IMG/VR virus record: IMGVR_UViG_3300033802_000475
Direction: 5' to 3' (one strand)
Length of the DNA stretch: 64,000 nt
DNA from: a virus
A model generated the notes under the pieces. That model was not told the origin of the DNA. It made no database searches and saw only the letters and a program-made list of their open reading frames with translations. Both the position numbers and the translations under genes were made by a program. This document shows, piece by piece, positions 36,157 through 45,744 of this stretch; within the stretch, counting starts at the first letter, position 1; the number at the start of each line of letters is the position of its first letter.

Positions 36157-39100
36157 TCGAGTCCTCCAACGTCGGCGCGGTACTGGGGAGAGCCAAGGCC
36201 GCCGCGGCCGCGGTAGGCCGCCCGTATCCGGTCTGCGGCCGCCGCTCCGAACGCTGCCCCCGCAGCGGCTCCGGCCTCGACCAGCTTTTCCCGATCTGCG
36301 GTGCCGGTCAGAGCGGGGAAGTTGAGCGCCACGTTGATCCCGGAGATGCTGACCGGGCCGGGCGAGGCCCCGCCTGTACGACCGAGCGCCGCCGAGAGCT
36401 CCGCCGCGGATGGCGGGGCGATCTGGGGAACGTAGGGCGTCGGGGCGCTCCCGCCGGCGAGCAGCGCATGGATCGCAGCCAGGTGGTAGAGCTGCGTCGA
36501 TTCGATCGCGAGGAGCTGGTTCGCCTGGACCTCGGTGATGCCGACCGAGAGACGGGTCTCCGGGGCGCCGCCGCCGACGACGCCCCCCGCACCGCCGATC
36601 AGGTCCGAGGCCGAGGAGAGCCAATCGAGGAACTCATCGGGCGTCAGCCCGCCCAACCACGCGAGCTCGAACTCGCCCGACTGAATCATCCGGAAGAGGT
36701 CCTGGATGAATTGCTGGAACGCCTGCTGCCCCTCCGCGGTCGAGAGATCGAACCCGGCGAGCGCATCGGCAAGATGGTCAGGCAGATCCGCGAACGAGAA
36801 GAGGAGGTCACGGTAGCGCCGGAGCTGTTCGATCGGGTCCGAGATGTCGAACAGCTTGAACTCCCGCCGGAGTAGGTCCAACTGCCCGGTCCAGCTCTCG
36901 AAGAGCGTGTCCCAGTCCGCCTCCTGGAGCGCCCGCCAGAACATGCGCCAGGACGCCTCGGTGTCGTTCAGGGTGATTCCGAACCGCTCGGCGAGAGCCT
37001 TGATTTCGCTCATGCTGTATCCGGCGTAAGCCAGGGCTCGGCGAATGTCATCAACCGTCTCCTTGGACGCGGCGCGGCGGAGGGCTTCGATATCGGCCGC
37101 CTCCCAGTCGGTCATCGACCGGGTGCCCCCGTCCGTATAGCGCTCGATCAGTCGGTCGATCTCCTCCTGGCGGCGTTGCGCGGGACCCGCCATGACGTCA
37201 CCAATCACCCTGCGGACGCCGGCCACGAGTCCGCCCGAAGTCCCGCCCACGATGCCCGCGAGGTAATTGACGTCCCGGCGGAGCCGCTCCAGCGCCTCCG
37301 TGTTCGCCTCGAGGGTGCGACGCAGCTCCTCGGCCTGCCGGTCCGCGTCTCCGCCGCCGAAAAGACCGCCCAGGAGTCCGATAACGCCCCCGATCGACTG
37401 AGCGAGGCCCCCGATGGCGTTGCCGCTGGCGATCTTCCCGATTCCGTCGGCCAGGTCGATCACTCCTTGCAGCGACCGGCGGGTACGATCGTCGAGGATC
37501 CCCATCGCGTCGGCGACCGAAAGGACGCCGCGAGCCAGCCCCTCCAGCGAGCGGGCGTAGGAAGCCAGATCCTCGAAGCGGCCCTTGGTCTCTTCGACCT
37601 CCACGCCGGCTTGTTGGAGGAGCTCGACCAGCCGCTCGATCAGCTGGTTGAGCTCCTCCGCGGGCAGGCCGGCCTGCTCGAGCGCGCGGTAGAGCTGCGC
37701 CGTATACCGCTGGACCTCTTTCCTTGCGTCAGCGACTCGGCGTTCGGCTCGGGCGATACGCTCGGGGTCCCGGGCCAGGCGGGCGCTCAGGAGCTCGCGC
37801 TCCGCGTCGGTGACCTGACGGACTCGGGACCCTAGGCCGTCCATTGCTTCGTCGAGCGAGCGCGTGCCGTCCTCCATTCGGAGCAGGATGGAGGGGATCC
37901 GCCCGAACGAGTTCTGGAGCTCGACGACGACGGCCGGCAACTCCCGCTGCCAGCGGTCGATCAGTTCCCGCGCCGCCTCGCGCGCGGTATCGCGCATCTC
38001 GCGCAGCCACCTCAGGAACGCCTCCGCGCCCGGCGGCACCTGGAGGCCGGCCTTCCGGATGGCCGCGAGCTGCGTCTCGGTATCCTCCATCTGCTGCTGC
38101 AGCGAGAGCAGCTCGCGGAGCGCTGCCCGCACCTCGTCGGACGCGCCCGCCAGGTCTCGCAGGCCCAGCTCGCCGGCCAGGGTGTATTCGCTCATGGCGG
38201 TCTTGAGCGCCTTGAGCGCCTTCTCTCCCTCCTGCAGCTCTTCCTCGGTCGGCGTGGCGGAGGTCCGCTTGCGCTCCTTCGGTTCGAGCGCGCGGTCGAG
38301 TCGCTCGAGCTCCTTCTCCAGATGCTCGATCAGTGGCGTAAGCTGCGTGTCGGCGGCACGGAGTTCCTCAATCCGTTCAGCGATCGCGGTGCGCCGGCGG
38401 CGCAGGTTGAATCGCTCCCGGGCATCGGCGAGCGCCTCTTCGGTCTCGCGCAACTCCTCGGTCTTCGCCTGGAGCTGCTCTTGCTTGCGGCGGTACTCCT
38501 CCAGGAGGTCGATCCGCGCCTGAAGTCTGCGACGCTCCGCATTCGCCGTGCGCTCCGCCACCCGGTCGCCCTTTTCCCTCGCGTCGGCCAGGTCGACCTC
38601 GGCCTGCATGAGAGCGCGCCGCGTCTCCGTGATCGTGCGATCGAGCTGAGCGGCCGACATGCCCCCGATATCGATCGTCTGGTGGCGACCCGCGCCGCCG
38701 CGCACGATCGTCTCCGATCCGACGACCAACTGCGCCCCCTCGGTCTCCTTCCGGAGCGTCTCCACCTCCCCGCGGAGACGTACGAGGCGCTCCGAGAGCA
38801 GGGCCACGGCCACCGCTTCCGTCGCCTCGCCGAACCGGCGAAGCTGTTCGATCGAGCGATCCAGCGGGTCATCCAGGTCGATCAGCGCATCGGCGATCCC
38901 GAGCACGTAGCTCACGACCGGGACCGCGACCGTTTCGGCGAGCCGGGCTTTCAGCGTCTGCCACTTCTTCGAGACGTTATCGAGCAGCGCCGGCCACCCG
39001 GTCTTCATGGCCGCGGCCACGCCGCCCACCTCGGCCTCGAGCTGGTTGAGGATGATGACCTGCGCCTCGTAGAGCCGGTTCTGTTCGGTCAGCCGCTTGA

Positions 39101-40082
39101 CCTGCTCGATGATGGCGTCATCGAAGGTGAAGCCCATCTTCCGCAGCATGCCGAGGCCGCGGATCGGGTCGTCGAGCGCCCGGGCGAGCGCCTCGACCGA
39201 CTTTTCGATGCCGCCGTACACCGAGGCCATGTCGCCGCCGAGCTTGATCGTGCGCTCGAAGACGTCTTCCTGGATACTCTTGTACGTCAGCAGCTGGGCG
39301 ATCGCGAGGTCGATCTCGTTCGAGCCGAAGAACGTCTCGCGCTGCATCTGTCGGGAAAAGCGCTGGATCTCCTCAAAGGTCCGCCCGACATGCCCGGCAT
39401 TCGCCTCCCACACGGCGCGCTGGCGCGTCGCGTCGTCGCGGAGCTGTCTCGCGAAGCGGATGAGCTCCGTGCCCCATTGCCGGATTCGGTCGATGGCGAA
39501 GAGCGCGGCGAAGGAGCTCACGAGGCCCTGGACGTTCGCCTTGAGCTGCGCTGCGGCGCGGCCCAAGAGGCCCATGCCCTTTTGTCCTTCTGTCCCCGCC
39601 CTGCGGCCGGCTTCGCCGACGTTCTTGAGCGCGCGCTGGAGGCGGTTGTACTCCTCGGTGTTCTGGAGACCGGCCTGCTGCATGTCCTTCAATGCCGCGA
39701 GAACGCCCTGGTTGAACTCGCGCTTCGCGGCATTGTTGAGCCGCCGGAACTCCTCCGGATTGATGAGCCCGCGGGCGAGCCCCTCGCGCAGGCTGCCGGC
39801 CTTGTTTCGCAACTCGGCGTTCATCCCGTCGAGGAACGCCTTCGCCGCGGTGGCGCTCCGCTTCCGGAACTCCTTCTCGTCGATCGCGCTCTTGGCGAGC
39901 TCCGCCCGCGCGCCGGCGAGGGCCGTGCGCAGATTGGCCCGCAGCCCCTCGGCGATCGCCGACGCTGCGCCACGTCCGCCCGCCTTCGCCTCGCTCGGGA
40001 GCGTTTCCTTGATCTCCCGCCTGAAGCGACGGAAGTCCAGCCGCGCCGGAACCCAGAGCGTACCCGCCTTCATATCGGCCAC
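36153..40082 (-). CDS. Tape measure protein
   Basis: 1309 aa, helical and Ala-rich; VEALARALDDPIRGLGMLRKMGFTF tape-measure motif. Confidence 0.92.
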   Translation of the reverse strand: MADMKAGTLWVPARLDFRRFRREIKETLPSEAKAGGRGAASAIAEGLRANLRTALAGARAELAKSAIDEKEFRKRSATAAKAFLDGMNAELRNKAGSLREGLARGLINPEEFRRLNNAAKREFNQGVLAALKDMQQAGLQNTEEYNRLQRALKNVGEAGRRAGTEGQKGMGLLGRAAAQLKANVQGLVSSFAALFAIDRIRQWGTELIRFARQLRDDATRQRAVWEANAGHVGRTFEEIQRFSRQMQRETFFGSNEIDLAIAQLLTYKSIQEDVFERTIKLGGDMASVYGGIEKSVEALARALDDPIRGLGMLRKMGFTFDDAIIEQVKRLTEQNRLYEAQVIILNQLEAEVGGVAAAMKTGWPALLDNVSKKWQTLKARLAETVAVPVVSYVLGIADALIDLDDPLDRSIEQLRRFGEATEAVAVALLSERLVRLRGEVETLRKETEGAQLVVGSETIVRGGAGRHQTIDIGGMSAAQLDRTITETRRALMQAEVDLADAREKGDRVAERTANAERRRLQARIDLLEEYRRKQEQLQAKTEELRETEEALADARERFNLRRRRTAIAERIEELRAADTQLTPLIEHLEKELERLDRALEPKERKRTSATPTEEELQEGEKALKALKTAMSEYTLAGELGLRDLAGASDEVRAALRELLSLQQQMEDTETQLAAIRKAGLQVPPGAEAFLRWLREMRDTAREAARELIDRWQRELPAVVVELQNSFGRIPSILLRMEDGTRSLDEAMDGLGSRVRQVTDAERELLSARLARDPERIARAERRVADARKEVQRYTAQLYRALEQAGLPAEELNQLIERLVELLQQAGVEVEETKGRFEDLASYARSLEGLARGVLSVADAMGILDDRTRRSLQGVIDLADGIGKIASGNAIGGLAQSIGGVIGLLGGLFGGGDADRQAEELRRTLEANTEALERLRRDVNYLAGIVGGTSGGLVAGVRRVIGDVMAGPAQRRQEEIDRLIERYTDGGTRSMTDWEAADIEALRRAASKETVDDIRRALAYAGYSMSEIKALAERFGITLNDTEASWRMFWRALQEADWDTLFESWTGQLDLLRREFKLFDISDPIEQLRRYRDLLFSFADLPDHLADALAGFDLSTAEGQQAFQQFIQDLFRMIQSGEFELAWLGGLTPDEFLDWLSSASDLIGGAGGVVGGGAPETRLSVGITEVQANQLLAIESTQLYHLAAIHALLAGGSAPTPYVPQIAPPSAAELSAALGRTGGASPGPVSISGINVALNFPALTGTADREKLVEAGAAAGAAFGAAAADRIRAAYRGRGGLGSPQYRADVGGLE

Positions 40083-40085
40083 GGA

Positions 40086-40355
40086 TCACCTCCGCATTCG
40101 CGAGGCGCGCTCGGCGACTTGGCGCCGCGCCGCAATACCGAAGAGGACGAGCTGTACCCTCCCCGGCAGCCACCGCCACGGCCGCCGCTCTCTCCAGACG
40201 TCGTAGGTGAGGCGCATCGCGAGCGAGACATCCTTCTCCGACAGGCCTGCGGCGGCGAGCCGGGCACGGCTCACGCGGCGCTCGAGGTCGGCGCGCCGCT
40301 CGGCGCGTTCGCGGGCCACGGCCCGTGCGTGGCGGATCCAGCGGCGCAGCTTCAC
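40086..40355 (-). CDS. Small basic hypothetical protein
   Basis: GTG start at 40355 overlapping the previous stop. Confidence 0.5.
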   Translation of the reverse strand: MKLRRWIRHARAVARERAERRADLERRVSRARLAAAGLSEKDVSLAMRLTYDVWRERRPWRWLPGRVQLVLFGIAARRQVAERASRMRR

Positions 40356-40903
40356 AAGTCCCCCACGTCGCCGATCATCTGCCGGACCCGCTCGCGCGCT
40401 CGTTCGAGCGCCGGGCGGATGTGGGGCCTCGGACGCATCTTGGTGGTGCCGTACTCCAGGTAAACGCCCAGCGGCTGGCCGTCCGAGGCCTTCGCCTTGC
40501 TGAAGGCCGAAGCGATGAGCACGTCGTCGCGGCGTACGACCTTGCTCACGTGCCAGGAATTGCGGTACCGCTGCGTCGGCGAGGCCGGCGGCTGGCCCGG
40601 AGCCGAGGCGATGTACGTCCTCGTCGCGCGCGTGCGCGCCGGCCCCTGGGGTGCTACGGTGCCCTCCTGGGCTGCCCGGTAGCTCGCCATGAGGAACTCG
40701 CGCCGGTTCCGCCGCCATTCCGCACGGAAATCGTGCGCGGCGCGGCGGATGTAGTAGGTCTCACCCGATGGGGCGGCGGAATCGAGCTCGCGCTGGATCT
40801 CCGCGACGACGGTCTCCGCCATCGCCTCGACCAGCGGGGCGTACTCCGTCGCCAGTGCGACCAGCACCGCGTCGGACTCGTCGTCGTAGCGAATCTCGTC
40901 CAC
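40352..40903 (-). CDS. HK97 gp10-like tail completion protein
   Basis: GVYLEYGTTKMRPRPHIRPALE motif. Confidence 0.85.
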   Translation of the reverse strand: MDEIRYDDESDAVLVALATEYAPLVEAMAETVVAEIQRELDSAAPSGETYYIRRAAHDFRAEWRRNRREFLMASYRAAQEGTVAPQGPARTRATRTYIASAPGQPPASPTQRYRNSWHVSKVVRRDDVLIASAFSKAKASDGQPLGVYLEYGTTKMRPRPHIRPALERARERVRQMIGDVGDL

Positions 40904-40904
40904 C

Positions 40905-41771
40905 TCAATCCTCCAGGGGATCGGGCGGGGCTCCGGCGCGCAGCCAGGCCCGCAGCTGAAAGAGATCGACGTCGTAGAGTGCCCCGGCCGGAAGCTTCTG
41001 TTGCCGCTCGATCGAGGCGAAGAGCGTCGCCCACCCGAACTCCTCGCTAGCCTTCTCTCCCGAGCGGCGCCTCCGCGGCGGTGGGTCGCCGAGCCGCGCG
41101 TAGCGGCGGTGCCCGACCTCGACCACGGCCGCGAGGAGCGCGGCGTCATCCTGCGGATCGATTTCGTCAACCCACTCCGGCGCATCGTCCGGCGAGGTCG
41201 CCGGCGCACCGCTCGGCGTGAGCGCGTGCGCGTAGAGCCAGCGGCGCTGGATGCGGAGCTCGCGGTAGAGCCGCGCATGCAGCCGTCGCAGCTTCCGGAT
41301 CCGGCGCCGGAGCGTCGCGGCTCTCCTCCACCCGGGCCCTTCGGCGAGCTCGGCCTCCGCGGCCGCGGCCAGCCGTCCGCAGACGTCGAGGTCCGCGCTG
41401 ATCGACCGGATCTCGGCGTCGTGCGCCGCGATCTCGTACATCGCCGCGTAGCTGCGGCCGGTGACCTCGACCACGCGGCCGGCGAGTTCGACCCGGACAG
41501 GCTCGCGCCGAAGCAGCTGGCGCATCGCCTCGAGCGCGTCGGCCGGTTCCGCGTCCGCGCGCTTGAGTTCCTGCATCCGGGTCAGGTAGTAGTGGCGCAG
41601 GAGCCCGTAGCGGCGGAGCGCGCCCTGGGCCGTGTCCGCCGGCGTCTGTGCGAGCTCCGCAGCCCATTCGGCGGGGAGCCCTCCGGCCTCGGCGTACGAG
41701 GCGCGGAGCGTGCCCTCGTACTGGCCGCATAGCTGCCTCAGCTCCTCCGCCGTCAGGACGTCCGCCGGCAC
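40905..41771 (-). CDS. Probable tail assembly chaperone
   Basis: Helical 288 aa; C-terminal W..LF..I...LY..DL pattern; between tail tube and TMP. Confidence 0.55.
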   Translation of the reverse strand: MPADVLTAEELRQLCGQYEGTLRASYAEAGGLPAEWAAELAQTPADTAQGALRRYGLLRHYYLTRMQELKRADAEPADALEAMRQLLRREPVRVELAGRVVEVTGRSYAAMYEIAAHDAEIRSISADLDVCGRLAAAAEAELAEGPGWRRAATLRRRIRKLRRLHARLYRELRIQRRWLYAHALTPSGAPATSPDDAPEWVDEIDPQDDAALLAAVVEVGHRRYARLGDPPPRRRRSGEKASEEFGWATLFASIERQQKLPAGALYDVDLFQLRAWLRAGAPPDPLED

Positions 41772-41777
41772 GGCGCG

Positions 41778-42011
41778 CTACTTCTTCGACGCCGGCCGCT
41801 CCTTCGGCGCCGCGACCGGCTCGCCGGCCTCGGCGACCGGCGTGGCCGGCGAGCCTGCCTCGACCCGCTCCGCGTAGGGCGGGCTCACCCGGGTCATCGC
41901 GCGAAACTGCGCCTCGGTGACCTGAACGACCGTGCCGACCGGGATCGACCGGCCGCGGAACACGTACGGACCGCGGACGATCCGCACCGGGAACGTCTTC
42001 TCGTTCGCCAT
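41778..42011 (-). CDS. Small hypothetical protein
   Basis: 77 aa; GAGG RBS. Confidence 0.6.
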   Translation of the reverse strand: MANEKTFPVRIVRGPYVFRGRSIPVGTVVQVTEAQFRAMTRVSPPYAERVEAGSPATPVAEAGEPVAAPKERPASKK

Positions 42012-42020
42012 GTCCTCACC

Positions 42021-42560
42021 TCACGCGATGGCGTCTTCGACCCAGTAGAGCTCCCCGTTGACCTCGTAGACGTCGAAGGTCGCCGTCGGCTCCGTGTAGG
42101 CCGTCCGGTTCATGTTGAGCTCGGGCAGGCTCGCGACCTTGGCGCGCGGGAACCGGTACGTCCGAGGCCCGATCGGGCCCATCGTCCGCACGTAGATCGA
42201 CAGCACCTCGGTCCCGAGCTGATCGCCCCGGACGGTGAGGATCTCCTCCGTCGGCTCCACCTGGTCCTCGAGGTCGCCCTCGAGCGCCGACGTCGGGAGC
42301 CCCAGCAGGCGCCGGAGGTTGTCCAGCGTGGCGCTCGCGAGCCCGACGACGAGCTGCACGTCGGCCTCGCTGATGAAGCTGTCGATCGCGCCGGTCCCCT
42401 GGCCCGACCGCTGCTTCACCGTGTTCACCGTGCCGGTGAGCCGGGCGCCGTCCTGCGTCGTGAGACCCCACGAGGTCTCCGTGTAGGGCCCGCCCTTCGT
42501 GCCGGTGTAGTGTCCCACCTCGATGATGCCGTGGGCGCTGAACTGCTTGCTGTACGGCAT
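42021..42560 (-). CDS. Major tail tube protein
   Basis: MPYSKQF start; WGLTTQDGARL...FPRAKV pattern; position after the terminator protein. Confidence 0.7.
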   Translation of the reverse strand: MPYSKQFSAHGIIEVGHYTGTKGGPYTETSWGLTTQDGARLTGTVNTVKQRSGQGTGAIDSFISEADVQLVVGLASATLDNLRRLLGLPTSALEGDLEDQVEPTEEILTVRGDQLGTEVLSIYVRTMGPIGPRTYRFPRAKVASLPELNMNRTAYTEPTATFDVYEVNGELYWVEDAIA

Positions 42561-42573
42561 TTGGCCACCTCGT

Positions 42574-43023
42574 TCAGATACGTGAGTACCGGACCTCAAA
42601 GGGTCTCATCCGCCGGAGCGGCTCGCCCGGCGCCGCTGGGAAATCCAGCGCGGTTTCGCTGATCGCGTAGAGCCGCAGCCCCTCCCACACCCAGTGGGCC
42701 TCGTCGAGGAGCTCGACGATGCGCGCATCGATCTCGGAGAGACGGCCGGCCCCGCCGCCCTCCCCGACCGGCCAGACCCAGACGTCCACCTGGATCTGCG
42801 AGGCGCCGATTCCGGGGCGGCGGATGGTATCGGTCGCTTTCAGCACCGTGACCCGCGGGAGCTCCCGGCGGGCGGCCTCCGGCAATCCCTCCGGATCCAC
42901 GACGTCCCACGGCCAACCGGTCGTGATGCGGGGCCCCGACCCATCGGCAAAAGATCCGACCAGCGCGGCGAGCGTGGGGTCGCCCGCCAGCCGATCGATG
43001 GTGCCCTGGAGCGCCGGGGTCAT
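42574..43023 (-). CDS. Tail terminator (DUF3168-like)
   Basis: LAGDPTLAALVG, PRVTV, IQVDVWV. Confidence 0.75.
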   Translation of the reverse strand: MTPALQGTIDRLAGDPTLAALVGSFADGSGPRITTGWPWDVVDPEGLPEAARRELPRVTVLKATDTIRRPGIGASQIQVDVWVWPVGEGGGAGRLSEIDARIVELLDEAHWVWEGLRLYAISETALDFPAAPGEPLRRMRPFEVRYSRI

Positions 43024-43361
43024 TCGTCGAACCTCTCGTCGGTCTCGACGAGATCCGCCTCGAGGTCGCCGGGCGGCCCCCAGTCCCCGGCGTCCGCCAC
43101 CAACCACCGCCGCGGGCCGATGCCGGCGGTGACCTCCAGCCCGTCGTCAGGCTGGAGGTCGGTGCCCGAGGCGAAGAACGCCCGGACCCGCCGCGTCGCG
43201 CGCCTGCCGTACGGCTCCTGCTGAACCGAGCCGCTCGCCGGCTGGATGTCGCAAGGAACATTGACCGCGACGCGCTGCCACCGGGTGAGTCGCGCCCGGT
43301 CCGGCGTGGTCACCGGCACGCGGCGGTAAATCGTGACGCGGTGGTTGGTGACCGCGGGCAC
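43020..43361 (-). CDS. Head-closure/stopper protein
   Basis: HRVTIYRR...VPCDIQPASG...DLQPDDGL; SPP1 gp16/FII-like. Confidence 0.75.
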   Translation of the reverse strand: MPAVTNHRVTIYRRVPVTTPDRARLTRWQRVAVNVPCDIQPASGSVQQEPYGRRATRRVRAFFASGTDLQPDDGLEVTAGIGPRRWLVADAGDWGPPGDLEADLVETDERFDE

Positions 43362-43364
43362 GTC

Positions 43365-43877
43365 CTACGCCTCCTCTTCGTCGGCTGCGCCGCCGGCGAT
43401 CTCCTTCGCTCGCTTCAGCGCCGCCACGCTCTCGACGTCGGCCTTCGTGTAGCCGTTCGGCTTCGAGGGCGCGACGCCGTCGAAGTCCTCGGGGGCGAGC
43501 CCTTCCGCCTCGGCGAGCTTCTTCGCCGCGGCACTCGCGAACAGGATCTCGCCGTCCGCGACCTCGCCACCCTGGCGTTCGTCCTCTTCTTCCTCCTCCT
43601 CGAAGGCGTCGTCGCCACCCTCTTCCCCATCGGTGCTCTCGACGACGCTCTCCTCCGAAGCGATCGCGACGTTCGGCTCCGGCTCGCTCTCCGCCGCGTC
43701 CTCGGTCTTCGTCTCCTCCGCAGCCTCCGCCCTCGGGGCCTCCTTTGGCCAGCGCGCGAAACCGCGCGCCACGAGCTGGTCGGCCTCCTCCTGCGTGTCC
43801 ACCTCGTGGGTGCCGCCCGGGGGAGTGGTCTGCCCACCCCCCACGAGCGTCACCAGGGCCTCGACGACGGGGGCCAT
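43365..43877 (-). CDS. FI-like acidic DNA-packaging protein with C-terminal E3-binding (PSBD)-like domain
   Basis: After the capsid gene; TPPGGTHEVDTQEEADQLVARGFA; acidic linker; ASAAAKKLAEAEGL...PSKPNGYTKADV. Confidence 0.6.
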   Translation of the reverse strand: MAPVVEALVTLVGGGQTTPPGGTHEVDTQEEADQLVARGFARWPKEAPRAEAAEETKTEDAAESEPEPNVAIASEESVVESTDGEEGGDDAFEEEEEEDERQGGEVADGEILFASAAAKKLAEAEGLAPEDFDGVAPSKPNGYTKADVESVAALKRAKEIAGGAADEEEA

Positions 43878-44905
43878 TACGACGCGACCGTCGCGCAGAG
43901 CGAGGCGTTGACCCGGTAGGGCACAACGAGCGGCGCGCACTGCAGGAGCAGCCACCGGATGGCCGGGTCCTCCTCGAGCCAGGACTTGATGAAGTACCGG
44001 GTCGCGGTGTACCCGGCCTTCTCGTCCTGGATGGCGCCGTAGCACCGGGTGCCGAGCAACTCCGGACCGGACATGATCACGGTGTGGTTCGGCAGCACCT
44101 TCTTCACCTGCCCGTCGTCGTCGACGTAGGAGTCCTGGTAGACCCAGAACTCGAAGTCGCCGATCGTGCCCATGAAGCGCGCCTTGCGCGCGTCCTTGGG
44201 CCCGATCTCCGCCACGGACGCGGAGCCCCGGCGGGTGTCGAGCAGCTCCTTGACCCGATCGTTCACGCGGAACAGCCGCCACGCGGCCGGGTCCATGACG
44301 ACCTGATTGACGACCGCGCCGGACTTGTCCTGGATCAGCGTCGCCCAGTCCTCGATGTTCTCGACGGGCGTCGCATCCGACTGGCCCCACCGGCTGGTGC
44401 CGGTCAGCGTCACGGTGAGCGCCGGATCCCGCTCGAAGTCGACGACCTTCGTCGGATAGCCGTCGCCCGTGACGGTGACCTTCCCCGTCCGGAGCACCTC
44501 CGACGCCATGACCTCCTCGCGGCGCGAGAGCATGAGGAGCTGATCGGCGATCTCCTGGCGGAGCTTGATCGCCCGGCGCTCCATCGGCGAGAGGTTCCCG
44601 CCGATCTGCTCGCCCATGACGCGCTTGAGCGGCGCGGACGGGTCGAACTCGCGCTTGTCCTTGACGTACGCCGGCTTGAAGGTGTCCGTCCGGTAGCCGG
44701 TCTGCTCGACGACGCGACCGGGGCGCTTCGGCGAGACGAACGGCGTGAGGCGCGGCTTCGAGAGGTCCACGTCGAAGTGGATCTCCTCGCTCGTCTCTTC
44801 CTGGATGAGCGTGAAGAAGCTGCTCAGCAGGAAGAGCCGCGGCTCGTCGAGGTTCTGGACCACCCGCCGCAGGGCGCCGGTGGAATACAGCAGGTCCTCG
44901 GTCAT
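43877..44905 (-). CDS. Major capsid protein, lambda gpE family
   Basis: FLLSSFF...SEEIHFD...LTPFVSP...FKPAYVKDK...WLEEDPAIRWLLLQCAPL. Confidence 0.93.
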   Translation of the reverse strand: MTEDLLYSTGALRRVVQNLDEPRLFLLSSFFTLIQEETSEEIHFDVDLSKPRLTPFVSPKRPGRVVEQTGYRTDTFKPAYVKDKREFDPSAPLKRVMGEQIGGNLSPMERRAIKLRQEIADQLLMLSRREEVMASEVLRTGKVTVTGDGYPTKVVDFERDPALTVTLTGTSRWGQSDATPVENIEDWATLIQDKSGAVVNQVVMDPAAWRLFRVNDRVKELLDTRRGSASVAEIGPKDARKARFMGTIGDFEFWVYQDSYVDDDGQVKKVLPNHTVIMSGPELLGTRCYGAIQDEKAGYTATRYFIKSWLEEDPAIRWLLLQCAPLVVPYRVNASLCATVAS

Positions 44906-44909
44906 AGTG

Positions 44910-45284
44910 TCAGGCTCCCGTCGTGGGGGTGAGGAAGATCCCGACGTCGGCCAGCGCCCAGTAGACCGAGTCCACGGTGTGGCCGTCGCCGAGGGTGATC
45001 GCGTTCGTCGAGAACTCGCCGGTCAGGTAGACCGTCGCCTGGACGTCGGCGGCGGTCGCGTCGACGTCCTCGGCGAGAATCGCGCGGGGCGTCTCCGACC
45101 CGTCTTCCGCGTCGGCCTCCGACAGGACGAACTTCCCCGAGGCCGTGATCTTGCCGAGGACGGCGCCGCGGCTGAGCGCCGCGCTCTGGGCGATGGTCAC
45201 GGTCTTCGCCACGCGCGGGAACTCGCCGGCGATCAGGTTGTCGGGCAGGAACGGCGTGCCCTTGCGAAACTCGGCCATGCTCAC
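44910..45284 (-). CDS. Head decoration protein (lambda gpD-like)
   Basis: LSRGAVLGKITASGKF...AILAEDVDAT...YLTGEF. Confidence 0.88.
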   Translation of the reverse strand: MSMAEFRKGTPFLPDNLIAGEFPRVAKTVTIAQSAALSRGAVLGKITASGKFVLSEADAEDGSETPRAILAEDVDATAADVQATVYLTGEFSTNAITLGDGHTVDSVYWALADVGIFLTPTTGA

Positions 45285-45288
45285 CTCC

Positions 45289-45744
45289 TCAGGCGGTGGC
45301 GCGGGCGGCCTTGCCCGCGTTCAGGATGAAATCGGCGGCCTTGGCCTCCGGGTCGCCCTCGTCGGCGCCGGCGCCCGTCGCCGACGCTCCGGCCTCGAGG
45401 CCATCCACGTCCGCCTCGTCGGCGCGCATGCTCGCGGCGACGCTCAGCCGACGCTCGCGCACGTCCTGGAGCAGCCGGACGGCGGCCGCCTCCACGCTCG
45501 CGCCCTCGGCGACGAGCTGCGCGACGAGCTTCTCCTGGCCGGGGAGCGCGCTCGCCTGGATCTTCACGATCCGCTCGCGCTCGGCCGCCGCGGCCGCCTG
45601 GCGGATCTCGGCGAGCAAACCCGGGTGGTGCTGCTCGAGGTATGCGAGGTTGACGTCCGGATTTCGGACCTCGACCCGGACCTCCTGACCCGCGGCGGAC
45701 GCGTTCGTGGTCGCCGTCGCGGGCGTGCTCTGCTGCTGCGACAT
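45289..45744 (-). CDS. Nested in-frame scaffold protein (Nu3-like)
   Basis: Internal GAGGAGG RBS before ATG MSQQQSTPAT; AAERERIVKI motif; same arrangement as lambda C/Nu3. Confidence 0.65.
   Translation of the reverse strand: MSQQQSTPATATTNASAAGQEVRVEVRNPDVNLAYLEQHHPGLLAEIRQAAAAAERERIVKIQASALPGQEKLVAQLVAEGASVEAAAVRLLQDVRERRLSVAASMRADEADVDGLEAGASATGAGADEGDPEAKAADFILNAGKAARATA

Noticed and set aside
39298-39310. 13-nt match (CGATCGCGAGGTC) between the spacer 2 reverse complement and the tape measure gene
   Set aside because: Too short and CGATCG-rich to exceed chance in this composition; no convincing self-target was found by eye, and a proper search is still needed
40905-42011. Programmed -1 frameshift in the tail chaperone genes
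   Set aside because: No clear slippery heptamer with an overlapping downstream frame was identified
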